From Mytilus trossulus (taxonomy: Eukaryota), in assembly GCF_036588685.1 (NCBI RefSeq), contig NC_086382.1, positions 75,206,001 through 75,270,000 on the forward strand: 64,000 nt of DNA, in the 5' to 3' direction. Shown here one piece after another: positions 51,450-64,000 of the stretch; the first letter of the stretch is position 1, and each line of letters opens with the position of its first letter. The notes under the pieces are model-generated. The model was not told the DNA's origin, made no database searches, and saw nothing but the letters and a program-made list of their open reading frames with translations. Both the position numbers and the translations under genes were made by a program.

Positions 51450-52956
51450 GTAAGTAATTATTGACATTGCTCCAAGCGTATATAACTAGTTCACATATGA
51501 GGAATAAATCAATTCACAGATCGATAACAAAAGTCGAGGTTTCTTACTTGTCTTGAAACGATGACCACCATCGATAAATCTGACTTTCATTTTGGGGTCA
51601 ATTAAAATCACATACTATTAGATTCTCTGGTTTTAAAGTCTTTATTTGGCTTACAAATGGATGGTTTTAAAGATTCTAGTAAACATTAATCAAGAAAAGT
51701 AGTTCTGATGCATCAAATTTGTAAAGTTTTATTTTCATTATGTTTTGCTAATTAGATAATGATGAAGTGGTCTTCTAACTCCCCTGTAGAATATCATGAA
51801 CTTATAAACAAAAGAATATTAAACAGAAGATGTAATATGTTTGATAATTATCCGACCTTTCCCAACACCCTACGAAAACATAGATTTCTACATAATTAAA
51901 GATGGAAAAAATGTATAGATTTACAAAATTGATCACTTGCACTAATACAAAATAATACCAATTTCAGTGGACAAACAATTCAAAACTGTGTTTTTGTTTC
52001 TTTGTTAGTTGTTTAATCATTTTTCTTTTGATATTATGGTATTGGATTTGAAGAGCGAACCCGTTGCTTAAGATTTCGAATTGTTTGTCAGCTGAAAGTT
52101 ACAAAAATGCAAACAAACAAAAATACAACACGTTAAATTCATCTGATAAACACACTTAATCTACGCTTCTGACAATTTCTAAATATTAAAAATAGGACAT
52201 ATTCGTTACATTTTATTAGTCAGCGCACCAGTCTGTTTTGTCTCAATATCAGATCAAGCATAACGTTATCACTAAGATATGTAAACACTGTACGAAACAA
52301 AACAGAGTATGTTACTGCTGAGCATTAGCAAAGTTATATTGCAACATAAAATACTCGGCATTTTGTTTCGATATCGAGATAACTACTTTCCAATTAATAA
52401 TTTCACCAAGATATATTGATTGAATAAATATATATATATATGAGTGTAAAATGAAAATAAAAATTGTTCTTTTCCTTTCTTGTCGTCTTTGGTATGCATT
52501 TTGCATCATAGCATGATTATAACATGAGTACAAATAAAAACAAAATGATGCTACATGAATGTGCGATTTGTACTTTTTGGAATATCGACAGTCTGTTGAA
52601 AAATCAAATCACAAAAATAATCATAAACTTTTTATTGGGGACATAATCGTCCATCATATGGTGTTTTTGTCGTTATTAAGAAAAGAATTTCGAATGCTTG
52701 GAGAGCGTTATATCATGTGATCATTGGTAGTTTACCCTATAACATTGTTGTGCAAAATCCAACATTTCGAGATTAAACAACCTCAATAACTAAAGATTAA
52801 GAATAGTAGCGCCAAATACTTAATAAAAGAATTAGTAAGCACAATTCACAGATTGCTGAAAATATAGTGTGTATTACATAAGATGATGTCGATTTTTTTT
52901 AAACTTAGTTTTATGAATTGTAGTCATAAAATTTACAAGTATCTTCTGTTTTGATA

Positions 52957-53407
52957 CAGCCCTTGAATGGTGTAAACTTCCCCAAAAAACGTGTATGGTG
53001 TAATGGTGTATGGCATATGATGCTATGGTGTAAGGTGTATGGTGCTATGGTGTATGGTGTAAGGGGAATGGTGTAATGGTGTTTGATGAATGGTGTGATT
53101 GTGTAATGTGCGATATGGAATGGTGTGAATGATGAATATATACGACACTTCATTGGTTTAAAACGAAGTTCTTTTTATTTATTTTTTTCGTATTGTGAAC
53201 ATAAACAATTATATTAATCATAATATTTGAAATTTAATTGCATTATTGGTAATTTCGGATCGTGTAGATAGTATGGGGAATGGTGTATAGTGTAATGTGT
53301 CAGGTGTATGAAGCAAAGGTGTAACGTGTATGGTGTAATGCATGGTACAATGTGTATGGTGTTATGGTGTATTGTGTTAGTGGGAAGTTTTCACCATCCA
53401 AGGACTG
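52957..53407. mobile_element. Tc1/mariner-type MITE with internal ATGGTGTA-like repeats
   Basis: TA on both sides (52955-52956, 53408-53409). 26-bp TIR CAGCCCTTGAATGGTGTAAACTTCCC vs reverse complement CAGTCCTTGGATGGTGAAAACTTCCC. Confidence 0.8.
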
Positions 53408-53572
53408 TAGTTAGTTAAGGTCAAGGGTGTCACACAGAAAGAATAAGAATCTAATGCAGTCATTTCCTCAAAATTGTCAAATCAATGCATCAGTAATTGC
53501 TACGATCTCGATACAGAATCCTATCCTAAAAACTAAAATGATTTATATAATATACGTAAGTTTCCATTATAG

Positions 53573-53884
53573 ATCCAAAATATCCTGTTGTAAACATTGA
53601 ATCAAACCGGTATGTGGTGACATATGGCAGTTCACTCACCATCAACTGTTCAGTTCGTTCATCTGAACAGGATCCCGTAAATGAGATATATTGGAAGTAC
53701 AATAATAAGGGAATCATAACAAAGATTTCCGAAAAGACGGACGGGATATCAGGAAGTTCCATTAGAACGCCATCACTCACCATTTTGAAAATGACATCGT
53801 CTGAATCTGGAATCTACACCTGTTATGCTAGAAATGATATTGGAACAGGAGAAAGTCGACCAATAAATGTAATTGTTACTGGAG
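53573..53884 (+). CDS. Ig domain 3 exon
   Basis: ttatag| and G|gtaaaa; 312 nt. INC...IYW...PSLTI...ESGIYTC. Confidence 0.9.
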
Positions 53885-54828
53885 GTAAAACAAGGGTATA
53901 CTTATTTGGCGCTTAACGTTATGACCTAGCATGTTATTTTTGTACTTTTCTGTTGTTTACTATCGTTTCGTTTTGTTGCTGTTCTATGTACAGTTTATAG
54001 GTTTGTTATGTACTCCTATAAGTTCAGTTGTGGTTTTTTGAATATTGTTTTTCTTTATGTTTTCAATATCAAAACATTCATTCATTTATTTTAACACTAT
54101 CATATCTCATTCGGATGTTAAAATCGTACCAGTTGTCATACATTTTAGTAAGGATTGGTCCGACTGGGGAAATATTGACGCCCAGGTCTTGTTTGTATTA
54201 TCCTCAATTTCAAGTGCACCAGGATATATGAGATGTACTTAATGACGTAAATATGGGTTATTTAGTGATAGGACATCATCAATATATATAAAAGTGAAAT
54301 GAAGAATTTTGCAAGGTGCTTTTAAGAAGATTCTATATAAATCCTGCTTCATACGATTACAATGAAGAAATAAGGGATGCACAATGAGACACAATTAAAC
54401 CGAAATTTTGAATGAATTATCAATCCTACAAACTCAACAAATATATATTGTCTTTTCAAAAAGTCAGATATTTTGATAATATCATCTCCAGTGTTTTTTT
54501 CTGATTTAATCAATCTGATTTCTTTTCATAAACACGAATGATTATACCTCCTCCCCCCCCCCCCCCCAAAAAAGTCGACCAATTGAACATGGGGAAATAG
54601 CAGTGTATTGTGTATTGAAATCAAATATTAGTATTTATTGTATCTATTTATTTATCACATTGGTGATAATGTTTATTTTTAAGAAAAACGTACCACACTC
54701 TTCAAATAATAGAGAAAAACTGATTTAAAAGAAAAAAAGAGTTCATTTTGTTGCATGCGTTGCTCTCTTTAATTTCTGCCCATGTGTTTATTTGGTTTAA
54801 CATGTAATATTCCACAATTGAATTGCAG

Positions 54829-55121
54829 ATGTACCAACTGTTTATGTTAAAGGTATTCAATTAAGTACGGGGAAAACGTAACAATTGCCTGCAATATAAC
54901 TTCTAACCCACCTATCACAAATGTTTACTGGGAGAGAGAATTTAATGGTACGAAAAATGTGATTAATAGTTGGACAGCTGGCGTGCAAGGAGTTTCATTA
55001 GATGCACCATCGCTGACTATAGTAAAAACCACTACATCAAATAACGGATCTTACATATGTATAGCTTCCAATGATGTCGGAATAGGATACAGTGAAACTA
55101 CAAATTTAGAAGTCATCGGTG
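54829..55121 (+). pseudogene. Ig domain 4 exon carrying a frameshift (293 nt)
   Basis: ttgcag| and G|gtaagg. DVPTVYVK then a frame change to YSIKYGENVTIAC...VYW...PSLTI...GSYIC. Absent from the ORF track. Confidence 0.85.
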
Positions 55122-55318
55122 GTAAGGTTTTATAAAAAAATAATTATGATATGTTGAGATGTCTGATTTTACAATAACAATATTTTTTTACTTATGGTTA
55201 TTCAATGTTCTGTCTATAATTTTGGCCGTACAAAGTATTCAGAAATTATAAATGTGCTAAATTATTGAAAAACATTTATGAACTGTCAACCGTCTAGACA
55301 CTTTTCTCTGGTTTTCAG

Positions 55319-55618
55319 AGCTGCCATATATTAGTATTACAACGGATTTCCTACAAATGAAGTATGGTGAAAAAGTACACATATCATGTGTTGTGAATGC
55401 AATACCACCTGCAACCGAAATTTACTGGGAGAAAGAATTAAATGGTATCAAATATGTAATAAATACTGGGACTACTGGAACTGAAGGAATAACTGTTACA
55501 AATCCATCACTTATATTAATCCACGCAACAGATTCGGATGCAGGACTTTACAAATGCTTTGCAGTCAATGAGTTTGGAATGGGCTATAGTTCAGCAATTA
55601 AACTCAATGTTATAGGAG
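55319..55618 (+). CDS. Ig domain 5 exon
   Basis: tttcag| and G|gtaata; 300 nt. ISC...IYW...PSLIL...DAGLYKC. Confidence 0.9.
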
Positions 55619-56019
55619 GTAATATTTTTTTAAACTTGTATCAACAAGACTTCTGCATTTAACGTCAAGTTTATAGGTTTGATTTATTTTAACCAGTACT
55701 GCAATGTAATTTATTAGTTATGCATGAAACAATGCATGTAAGATAATGTTTCAACAGTAGTCATTTCAGTCTTCCATAATAATAGACGAACTTTGAAATA
55801 TGTCCTGACATACCATCAGAAAATCAATCTAGTAAAGCTAATGGTTAGTTTTACCGGCTTTGGATATTTGCCATAGAGAAAAAGATGTTCATGTTTATAG
55901 CACATGAGCAAAATGTATCGGTATTTTTTTTTTAATAAAGATTAAGGACTTATTCAATTTTGATTAAATGTTATACACACTGAAAACGAACATCATTGTA
56001 ATACTCTTCATTGTCGCAG

Positions 56020-56313
56020 GTATTCCTGATGTTGATGTTCCATCTATGACGCACCTAACAGGCATTGGTTACACAATAACTCTCACTTGTTCTATCAAAA
56101 ATGCCTTTCCTGCCATTTCAAGGGTGTACTGGGAGAGATATATACATGGCTCAATAACAAGACTTTCATCTGCTTCGATTGGAATCATGGGAGTCACCGT
56201 TGACAATCCATCGCTTATCATTCCAATGGCAATGGAATCGATGACTGGTGAATATACATGTTTGGCTGTTAACTCTGTCGGTACCGGTAGAAGCTTCCCA
56301 GCAAAATTGACAG
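56020..56313 (+). CDS. Ig domain 6 exon
   Basis: tcgcag| and G|gtggga; 294 nt. LTC...VYW...PSLII...GEYTC. Confidence 0.88.
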
Positions 56314-57338
56314 GTGGGACTATTATATGTCTTTTAATTGCCAATATTCTCTCTTTCGTGGCGTCTTTGTCACAACATGCTTAAGATACGCATATATAGG
56401 AAAACCGTCAGGGTGATATGTATTGATGTGCATTGTTTGTGATTGACTGTACAATATTTGAATCAAAGACCAGGTTGTAAAATTCTGAACAATTTTTATA
56501 TGGTGTGTAACACAACAAGTAGCGTTAAACCAACATTTTTTTCTGAAAATGTCCTGTAACGAATATGAACTAAATTGTTTCCGACCAATCAGGTGTTATT
56601 TTAGCAAATAGAAGAAATGTTTAGACTTTTTGATTACCACAGAGCATTAATATGGTTTTTTTTTAGTTTTTCTCAGAAAAATGTACTGAGGAGAGGTCAA
56701 ATGAGATTTTAACAATTTTAAAAACCAAAATTGAAAATATACAGTTAAGGCGAACCTCCTATAGAAAATGGTATAAGTGAGTTCTGCTTGATTTGACTCA
56801 TGAACATGACTATTTGTTAAGTCATATAACTAGAAGAATCTATGTCTAAAACAATAAAAGCAAATAAGGTGACAATATTTATAAAAGTTAAAATTTCAAA
56901 ATTTTATTTAAAAAGGGACACAGAACATGAACAGCTACACAAACACAACGTTAGGGAATCACATTTACTCTAAACGGAGTGAAACCGGTACAACTACAGT
57001 TTACGTATGTACTTTTATGCATGCATATATCCATATGTATAAACTGTAATTTTCTTTTACTCTTTAACATATCACATGTATCAGTAAACAGCTCATCACT
57101 AGATACATATTGCATTGGTCCCCATGTTAATAAGATGTACGTTTTCTGATATTATGAGATTAAATATATGACATTTGTATCTTTTTATAACATAATGCCA
57201 GATTGGTCTCAGTAAACGTTTTCCACGAAGAACCAATTGGTATTATTTGAAGAGCCTATTCCTTTCTTTATCTAAATTAGTATCTGATATGATTTACCAA
57301 ATTTGATAATTTTTCTAAACATTTTCATCTCCTTTTAG

Positions 57339-57398
57339 TTAAAGCAGGAGTTACACCAAACACTAACTCTGATGATTCGGATGATGACACAGACTACA
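57339..57398 (+). CDS. Acidic stalk exon (VKAGVTPNTNSDDSDDDTDY)
   Basis: Polypyrimidine-ttag| and A|gtatgt; 60 nt, phase 1-1, open. Confidence 0.75.
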
Positions 57399-57805
57399 GT
57401 ATGTATTTTATCAGAAGATATTATTTGTATACTGAGTGTTTGTGTTAAATTTATCTATTTATTCATAAATGTCATCATTTATAAGTTTGAAACACTCAGT
57501 CCTGTTTCTTCAATTTGCTGAGTTCATATCATATGTCGAATTAATAAAAATAAATGTGCACGGTCAAAAAAATATTTTTTGTTTCAATGTTGTCCTCTTG
57601 TTTCGTATTGTCTATATCTTTAGAATGTAATGTTGAGTAAAAGGTGTACACTTTACCATCATCAGTCTATTCATTTTTATTTCATTCTTGACAATGTCAT
57701 CTATACGTCTATTACTAGCATATACATTTTTATAACTTTTTTATAATGTTCAATTTGAAACCGATAGTTGATAGTTTTATATCGATGTAATTATTTCTTT
57801 CACAG

Positions 57806-57907
57806 CGGATACAGTAGTTAATGGAATAATAGGTGCGGTGAGTGCTGTAGCAGCGGTTGGATCACTAGTCATTGCTTACTGGGCTTACAAGCGCTCTAAG
57901 AAGCAGG
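57806..57907 (+). CDS. Transmembrane exon
   Basis: tcacag| and G|gtcagt; 102 nt. VVNGIIGAVSAVAAVGSLVIAYWAY followed by the basic KRSKK. Confidence 0.85.
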
Positions 57908-59458
57908 GTCAGTGTACAATTAATTTTATTTTATACAGTGTCGTTTTAATTGCTTTTGATTAAATAAAATATGATAAAATCATTCTTATTAAGAAAAAAA
58001 GGATATCGAGTATACATCCATGACGCAAAATAACAACACTTACAGCAAAACACACAACAACCAAAAAACATCGCTAATGTTCTAATTTGAATAATAATTT
58101 TGACACGAATAATACTTTTTTCCTCGCAGATTTAACCCAAAACATTATCGTATTTCAATGTTTTTATTTTCTTTTTGAAACAGTTTGATGGAGATATATT
58201 TTGTCGAATTTCAAAGCACCATTTTACACTAAAAATCTACAGTATTAGTTTACTTCTTCTAAACTCTTCTTCTGAGCTAGGATCTGTCGAAAAACAAATG
58301 AGCACATAGTTATAGAGTCCACATTGCTGTTGTGTTCCTCGCCTTGTTGACTTCTACTATACTAATTTGAATGTGTATAGGTGCTTCACGAAAAATATTG
58401 CTCTTAGGGTTCTTAATGCCTCGCATAATAAGTCATCATTTCAATAATGACTGCTCTGGTAAATGATGTTAGTAACAGCTAAACGTTTTGATTTATCATG
58501 TACTGTAGCTTTACAGATTCTTACACTATGTTTGATCTGCATCTCATCTAGAATGTCTAATTAAAGAAATATTCAGGCATGTTTTTTATTCAGCCAATTT
58601 TAAGATTGATCCTCTGCGGTCAATTCAGTACTGTTCAGACAATTATCTTCAGTCAATGAAGTATTATTCGGTAGGTTTGAAGTCAATTGTGAATGCTGTG
58701 GATGAATACACGTAAAATAATAATGAATAGATGAAAAAAAAAACATATCTTTATTTACCACAAACAACTTGTCAAAACAAATGTTAATTTTCTATAATTG
58801 ATAAATCTGAATATTGAAGAAAGAATGAAAATGATATTAAAATGTTTATAGTTGGAATGAATGACATTGAGACAATTCTCCACAAGATAATAGTTCATAG
58901 ATTGACAAATATTGCTCACTGTACGGCCGGTACTGGATAGTAATACGCGTGATACAAAGCCCAAAAATGACAAATGACAGTTCAAACGAGGAAACTAACG
59001 GCCTAATTTATATAGTAAATAATGAACGAAAAAAAATATTTAACACAGCAAAATTACAAAACCACTAGATAACACTCCTGACATGAGACTGGCATATATA
59101 TATTCAGAATGTGGCGGGTAAACAAATTAACGGGATCCCTACTATCCCTTTTGTCTTTTAAGATATTGTTTAATGAAAATTGACTGTTAATACAAATAAT
59201 GAGATGGTGTGATGAGCAACGAGATAACTATCCACCGAGGTGAAGATAAAGTGGATAATAGCAATTATAATCAACCATATGGCTTCCAACAATGAGATGA
59301 ACCTATACCGTATAATTGATGTAAGCCTAAACATGGAAATTATGACACAACCGATTATGAATACAAACCTCAATATGTATAACAAGACAAATTACGGAAA
59401 GCAAATATGACCATATGACGGAACACTTATATTCATCTTGTTTTGTTTTGCTTAACAG

Positions 59459-59513
59459 AAGATCAAAAGGAAAACAAATACAGAACTTCGTCAAATGACA
59501 GCAGAAACACAAG
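59459..59513 (+). CDS. Cytoplasmic-tail exon (EDQKENKYRTSSNDSRNT)
   Basis: T-rich tract-aacag| and AG|gtatgt; open in phase 1. A possible last exon starts at 60005 (R-L-H-stop at 60014, AATAAA at ~60122), with low confidence. Confidence 0.6.
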
Positions 59514-60779
59514 GTATGTACAAGTTTCTTCGTAGATTCAAATCAAATATGTCAAGCCTTGCACGTCATTTATAATAAAATATGTTTTCTTTACTACTAA
59601 TTCTACGCAAAGTTGGTTTCTCAAGTATGATATTTTACTTTGTTCATGATTATAACCAAACATGACAAAATGAGCATTTTTTCTGTTGAAATACGTATAA
59701 CTTTCTGTTATTAGCGTGGCATTTAAAGATTCAAATAAGTGTTTTCATCAGTCAGTGTTTATCATGTTAAACATTTAAAACAAAATTGTTTCTGATTTTT
59801 AAAATACAACAGCGTGTTTTTCTGAAACGTTTTCTTTTTAACTTCAACTGAACCTCTTCGAGCATTGTCACGATTATGGTTTATGTTGTAAGTATATATA
59901 ACATTTGTACGTTTTGGAAAAAATATTAACTAGTAAAAATGCGACTTGTCTTGACAAAATATTTGCTACTTCAAATGACAATATTTAAACTCTAATTTGT
60001 CTAGATTACACTGATAGTATCATCAATAATATTTTACGAATAGAAACTACATAGTAACAGAATAATGAGATCATAATACATTAAAGGACACCAATTGCTT
60101 CTGTCAAACATGTCAAACACGAATAAAACTCCGCGTCTATCTTCATAAGATATCGCACTTCACATTCAAATCAGCTTAAATAATTGGTATTCATATATAT
60201 AAACAGAGGGCTTTTAAGTAGGTAGGGAATTTTGAAACTATTAAAGCGAATACGAAAAAGATTATGATAAGTGAAATTTGGTTTTAAACAGTAATTGTAT
60301 GCTTAACTTCATGCTAAAAGCCTGAAAACGGAAAATGTGAAATCTTATTATGAGCGTAAGTTATTATTCTTATTTTTGTTTGTTTGGAACTCAATACACA
60401 TTGATATAGGTCAATCATTATGCCTGCTGTCAAAACAAATATGTTAAGTAAATTTGTATACGACGTGCAATTCAGTCTCATGTTAATGTGTATAGGAAAA
60501 CAAATAATACAAAAACTGAACAAATGTTATTTGTATTCAACATAAATGGGTGAATTAGTTTTCTGTTGAGTAACAAGAACACTACTAGAACTGGGAATGG
60601 TATGGACACTTATGCATAGAAATGTTCTGATAGAGGAAAATCATATACATAAGTTTGGGCACATTTATTCCGAGTACTAAGAACGGTTTTATGATTGTTT
60701 CTTGTACTTTCTGCGGCAAGCATTACCATGCAGTGATGTGACGATAAATATGGAATCGTATATATATATATATATATAT

Positions 60780-61636
60780 TTAAATTTATATTAGGATCCA
60801 TTTTGTTACATCTTGTGATTAATTTTATTTGGCAATCGCCAATGGCAGTCAGCAGGGTTAAAGAAAATCAGTTGTTCGACCTGTTAGTCAAATGCGTTTT
60901 GTTTAAATATACTTTTTCACTCTTTTGGTCTTTTGGAAAATGTTGTTTGTGCTGTTTTTAGACCCTTCTACAACGAAATTTGTTTGACATGCACACGTAT
61001 AAAAACTGCGGTTTTTATCCAACGCAGTCATAGGTTTGAACGTAGTTTTCAATTTAGACTCGTTTATATTTTTTGTTTGGGCATGTATCATATTTTCCCT
61101 CCGGTTTATATGATCCGTTCATCCTATATATTGACTTTTAAAATTCAAGAGTTAATCTAAAAATGAGGGCACTTTCTCTAAAAATGAGGGTACTTTTTAT
61201 ATGGCCTTCCAAATACCGTTTCGATCCCTAACATCACTGAAGAGACATTTATTGTCGAAATCCGGATATGGTGTACTAAAGAAATATTGACACCGAATGT
61301 TTGTGGCACAACATCCTGTCCACAAGTTAACAATTTTTTTTTCTGTGACGTATTAAATTTATATTAGGATCCATTTTGTTACATCTTGTGATCAATTTTA
61401 TTTGGCAATCGCCAATGGCAGTCAGCAGGGTTAAAGAACATCAGTTGTTCGACCTGTTAGTCAAATGCGTTTTGTTTAAATATACTTTTTCACTCTTTTG
61501 GTCTTTTGGAAAATGTTTTTTTGTGCTGTTTTTATACCCTTCTACAACGAAATTTGTTTGACATGCACACGTATAAAAACTGCGGTTTTTATCCAACGCA
61601 GTCAAAGGTTTGAACGTAGTTTTCAATTTAGACTCG
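60780..61636 (+). mobile_element. Retrozyme-like tandem element, ~573-bp unit x1.5, flanked by (TA)n on both sides
   Basis: Period 573 (60781 vs 61354). (TA)n at 60759-60779 and from 61637. Same family as 23298-24253. Confidence 0.85.
61231..61274 (+). ncRNA. Minimal type I hammerhead ribozyme
   Basis: ACAUCA-CUGAAGA-GACA-uuuau-UGUC-GAAA-U-CCGG-A-UA^UGGUGU; predicted cleavage after 61268. Confidence 0.88.
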
Positions 61637-61689
61637 TATATATATATTTATATATATTGATCTTAATTTCATCCATCTTTATTATGTTC

Positions 61690-63984
61690 TGACGAGCGGA
61701 ACTTCAGTCAAAGATGTTTGAGACTGTGCAAGATCCAATTTTAACTTTTAATACAGTTCTAACGTCAATTGCTGACAGAACTATTCCTAAGACCTCGGCA
61801 AATCCAAAACATCCCAGTAAACCATGGTTTGATGACGCATGTGATCAAGCCATAGGTGACCGTAAAAAATCTGAAAACGGTTCAATCAACAACCAACGAC
61901 GGAAAACTTGAGTAATTTCCGTATTTTTCGCGCTAAGGCACGGCGGACTTGTAGGCAAGCCCGACGAACATCCTGGAAAAAAATTGTCTCGGGTATTACA
62001 TCTCGCACTCCGATGACAAAAGTTTGGAATATGGTAAATAAAATAAAAGGTAAAAATTCTAAAGACACTGTAAAACATTTGAAAGACGGCAATAATTTAT
62101 TAACATCTGAAAAGGATATTGCCAACAAACTTGGTGAAACTTTTGCAAAGTCTTCTTCTTGTAACAACTACAGGGAAGACTTTAAAAAAGTTAAAAAAAA
62201 AACAAAAAGAAAAAATTAAATTAAACTTTAAATAAAAAAATGGTGAAAATTATAATAAACTATTTTCTCTTGAAGAACTTAAAACATCTCTGTCAAAAGC
62301 CCATGATACAGCTTGTGGGCCTGATAATATTCACTACCAACTCTTAAAAAACTTGCCAGATTCCTCGCTAGAAGCTCTCTTGCAGCTCATGAATAACATC
62401 TGGGAATCTGGTGATTTACCATCAATCTGGAAGCTTGCAACCGTCGTGCCTATTCCAAAACCAAGTAAAGATCATACGGATCCTATTAATTATCGACCAA
62501 TTGCTCTTACCAGTTGTGTCTGTAAAACACTCGAACGGATGGTCAATGATCGCCTTGTTTGGTTCATGGAATCCAATGGGCTATTAGCCAATATCCAGTG
62601 TGGATTCCGACAGGGTCGCAGTACTCTTGATCATCTTGTTCGATTCGAATCATTTGTCCGTAATGGTTTTGCGAAAAATGAGCATGTGGTGTCGGTCTTT
62701 TTCGACCTTGAGAAGGCCTATGATACTGCATGGAAATATGGTATTTTAAAAGATCTATTTGATATGGGGTTGAAAGGCAATATGCCTAATTTTATTTCTA
62801 ATTTTCTCTCTAACAGACAATTTAATGTTAGAGTTAATTCAACCATGTCTGATCTTTATGATCTTTATAAGCTTGGACTTCAATATGCTGTCAAACTAAA
62901 AGCGCATTCAGATAATCCTGCCTACAGCTGTGTTTTTAATCCGATTTATGAAGATATTTTTGCAAAACATGAAAATAAAATTCCTCCGTTAGGTTTACGT
63001 TTAAAACCACATTTAGCTTCTTTTGATTTAAAATCTGTTGCTCAAGTTCAAACTTGCAAATTTCCTCCATGGGAACTTCCCAAACCAAAAATGATATTTG
63101 ATCTCCGTGAACACAATAAAAATAAAACAAATCCTCTTTTAATTCAGCAACACTATGCTGAAATTAAAGCCGATTATCTCGATTTTTCAACTGTCTATAC
63201 TGATGGATCAAAAGATGGTGATAGAGTTGCATCTGCTGCTGTCTTCAGGGACAGAGCTGCAACCCTCCGTTTGCCATCTGATGCATCCATCTTTACTGCT
63301 GAAGCAGAAGCAATAATTTTGGCTTTGAAATTTATTGCTTCTTCAGATAAATCCAAATTTATTATATGTTCGGATTCACTTTCATGCTTACAAGCTATAC
63401 GAAATACTAAAATTAAAAACCCAACAATCCTGAAAATTTTATATGTAATGAGGAATTTAAAAATTCTTCTGAAAGAAATAATATTTCTATGGGTTCCGAG
63501 TCATGTTGGAATCCTTCGAAACACAGCTGTAGACCTTGAGGCAAAGAATGCCCTTGGTGACCCTCTATCTAACTGTGATATACCATATACTGATTTTAAA
63601 TCTAATATTAGAGAATATGTTTTTAATATATTGAAAAATAAATGGAGTAAAAAAGACGATAATAAATTGCATGAAATTAAACCTAATTTAGGCAAACCTT
63701 TTGATAATATTATGTGCAGAAAAGATCAGTGTGTTATTACTAGATGTCGTATTGGTCATACTAGAATAACACACGAGTATCTTTTAAAAAATGAAGATGA
63801 ACCACAATGTGTTCCTTGCAACTGCAAGTATACTATTAAACATGTTTTAATTAATTGTATTGACTTTGCTGATATTCGTAAGAAGCATTTCAAGGTCAAT
63901 AATATGTATGATTTATTTAATAATGTTCCATTTACAAATATTGTTGCTTTTTTAAAAGAAATTGGAATTTATTATGAAATATAA
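61690..63984 (+). pseudogene. 5'-truncated I/Nimb-like LINE ORF2 (partial RT, RNase H, zinc finger) with RT core deleted
   Basis: PWF, YRPIALTS, QCGFR and DLEKAYD are present, but QG and YxDD are missing. RNase H motifs YTDGSK, AEAEAI, SDSLS, WVPSHVG. C-terminal CVPC...HVLINC. Confidence 0.9.
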
Positions 63985-64000
63985 AAATGTTATTATATTT

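Noticed and set aside
60933-61160. 75-aa ORF repeated at several loci as a real gene
   Set aside because: It lies within the retrozyme unit, starts at TTG, has no recognisable domain, and recurs only because the repeat recurs.
61689-61720. Hammerhead at CTGACGAG
   Set aside because: No stem II or GAAA follows.
62353-63984. Intact active reverse transcriptase
   Set aside because: The catalytic YxDD region is deleted and the upstream part is frameshifted and truncated.

Overview
This window is AT-rich animal genomic DNA. The repeat repertoire suggests a bivalve, possibly a mussel; this is inference only. One + strand host gene can be rebuilt by hand from at least 11 spliced exons (11380 to >59513). 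It encodes a signal peptide, six Ig domains, an acidic stalk, a transmembrane helix and a short tail, and one Ig exon is frameshifted. Its introns and flanks are filled with nested mobile elements. These include a hAT element with an 8-bp TSD and a non-autonomous Helitron holding a palindromic MITE and a full-length decayed Gypsy element. A 52-bp satellite is interrupted by a gag-pro-only BEL/Pao element and by a Penelope-like fragment. That fragment holds a three-ORF RTEX-like LINE (SGNH esterase / PHD / APE-RT), which holds a CR1 tail, which holds a Helentron-type HINE. An RNase H-bearing I/Nimb-like LINE with a deleted RT core ends the window. The most notable signals are minimal type I hammerhead ribozymes with palindromic loop 3 in short tandem non-coding units (retrozyme-like). 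One is a ~575-nt family inserted twice into (TA)n tracts with an identical 3' end, and another is a sense-strand 276-nt dimer inside the host intron. A conserved hairpin also recurs in front of each RTEX 5' ORF. All coordinates and alignments were made by eye.
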